Below, piece after piece: positions 19,859-20,000 of a stretch of 20,000 nucleotides of DNA. The first letter of the stretch is position 1. Each line of letters opens with the position of its first letter. This stretch comes from Halocafeteria seosinensis (Eukaryota): positions 56,064-76,063 of the forward strand of contig LVLI01000033.1 of assembly GCA_001687465.1 (NCBI GenBank), given 5' to 3'. Position numbers and translations under genes: made by a program. The notes below the pieces were generated by a model that saw nothing but the letters and a program-made list of their open reading frames with translations, was not told the DNA's origin and searched no databases.

Positions 19859-20000
19859 GTGTTGTAAACATGAAGCAAGACCTCAGCGAGTATAGACTTT
19901 GGCGAATGGCTTAGTAAAGGACATGTCGACGCGGGACATCAACGCCAACGTGGCGCAAGCAGCGCCTCAAGCGAAGGTGGTAAACGGGGCCTCCGGATTT
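19859..20000 (+). repeat. Direct repeat copy 2, truncated by the window end
   Basis: Identical to 15069-15210 up to the last base of the window; preceded by purine-rich AAGAGATTAGG. Confidence 0.93.

Larger units (their letters stand above)
15070..20000 (+). mobile_element. Candidate non-autonomous LTR-type element carrying GLUG-like gene 2 in antisense (alternatively one unit of a 4.79-kb tandem duplication)
   Basis: Identical direct repeats starting TGTTGT; complementary ACAACA at 15594-15599, followed after 3 nt by TGGTGTGTATGGGAGGAT (PBS-like); weak purine tract before the second repeat. No gag/pol seen and the right end is outside the window. Confidence 0.35.

Overview
Eukaryotic (probably protist, possibly stramenopile-like) genomic DNA of roughly 50% GC containing a cluster of cell-surface protein genes. 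There are two intronless paralogous minus-strand genes with Gly-rich GLUG-like repeats and Ser/Thr stalks (361-3099 and 15963-18752). A 7-exon plus-strand gene (4964-11871, ~2168 aa) encodes an LRR / mucin-stalk / Ig-like / Cys-rich / multi-pass membrane receptor-like protein; the ORF track fragments it because each LRR sits on its own phase-2 exon. A second copy of this LRR gene (14308-~14783) breaks off in exon 2 at an extremely AT-rich, hairpin- and tandem-repeat-bearing segment that runs into an assembly gap (NN, 15067-15068). Right of the gap, the second GLUG-like gene is bracketed by an identical direct repeat (15069-15210 = 19859-20000, cut by the window edge). This repeat starts TGTTGT and may be an LTR ending ACAACA at 15599, followed by a PBS-like 18-mer and containing a 77-bp perfect inverted repeat. 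The first GLUG-like gene appears to have its real cytoplasmic tail in a shifted frame (212 open codons, 2-637). No RNA genes, CRISPR arrays or recognisable transposase/RT ORFs were seen. All domain calls are by eye; no database searches were run.
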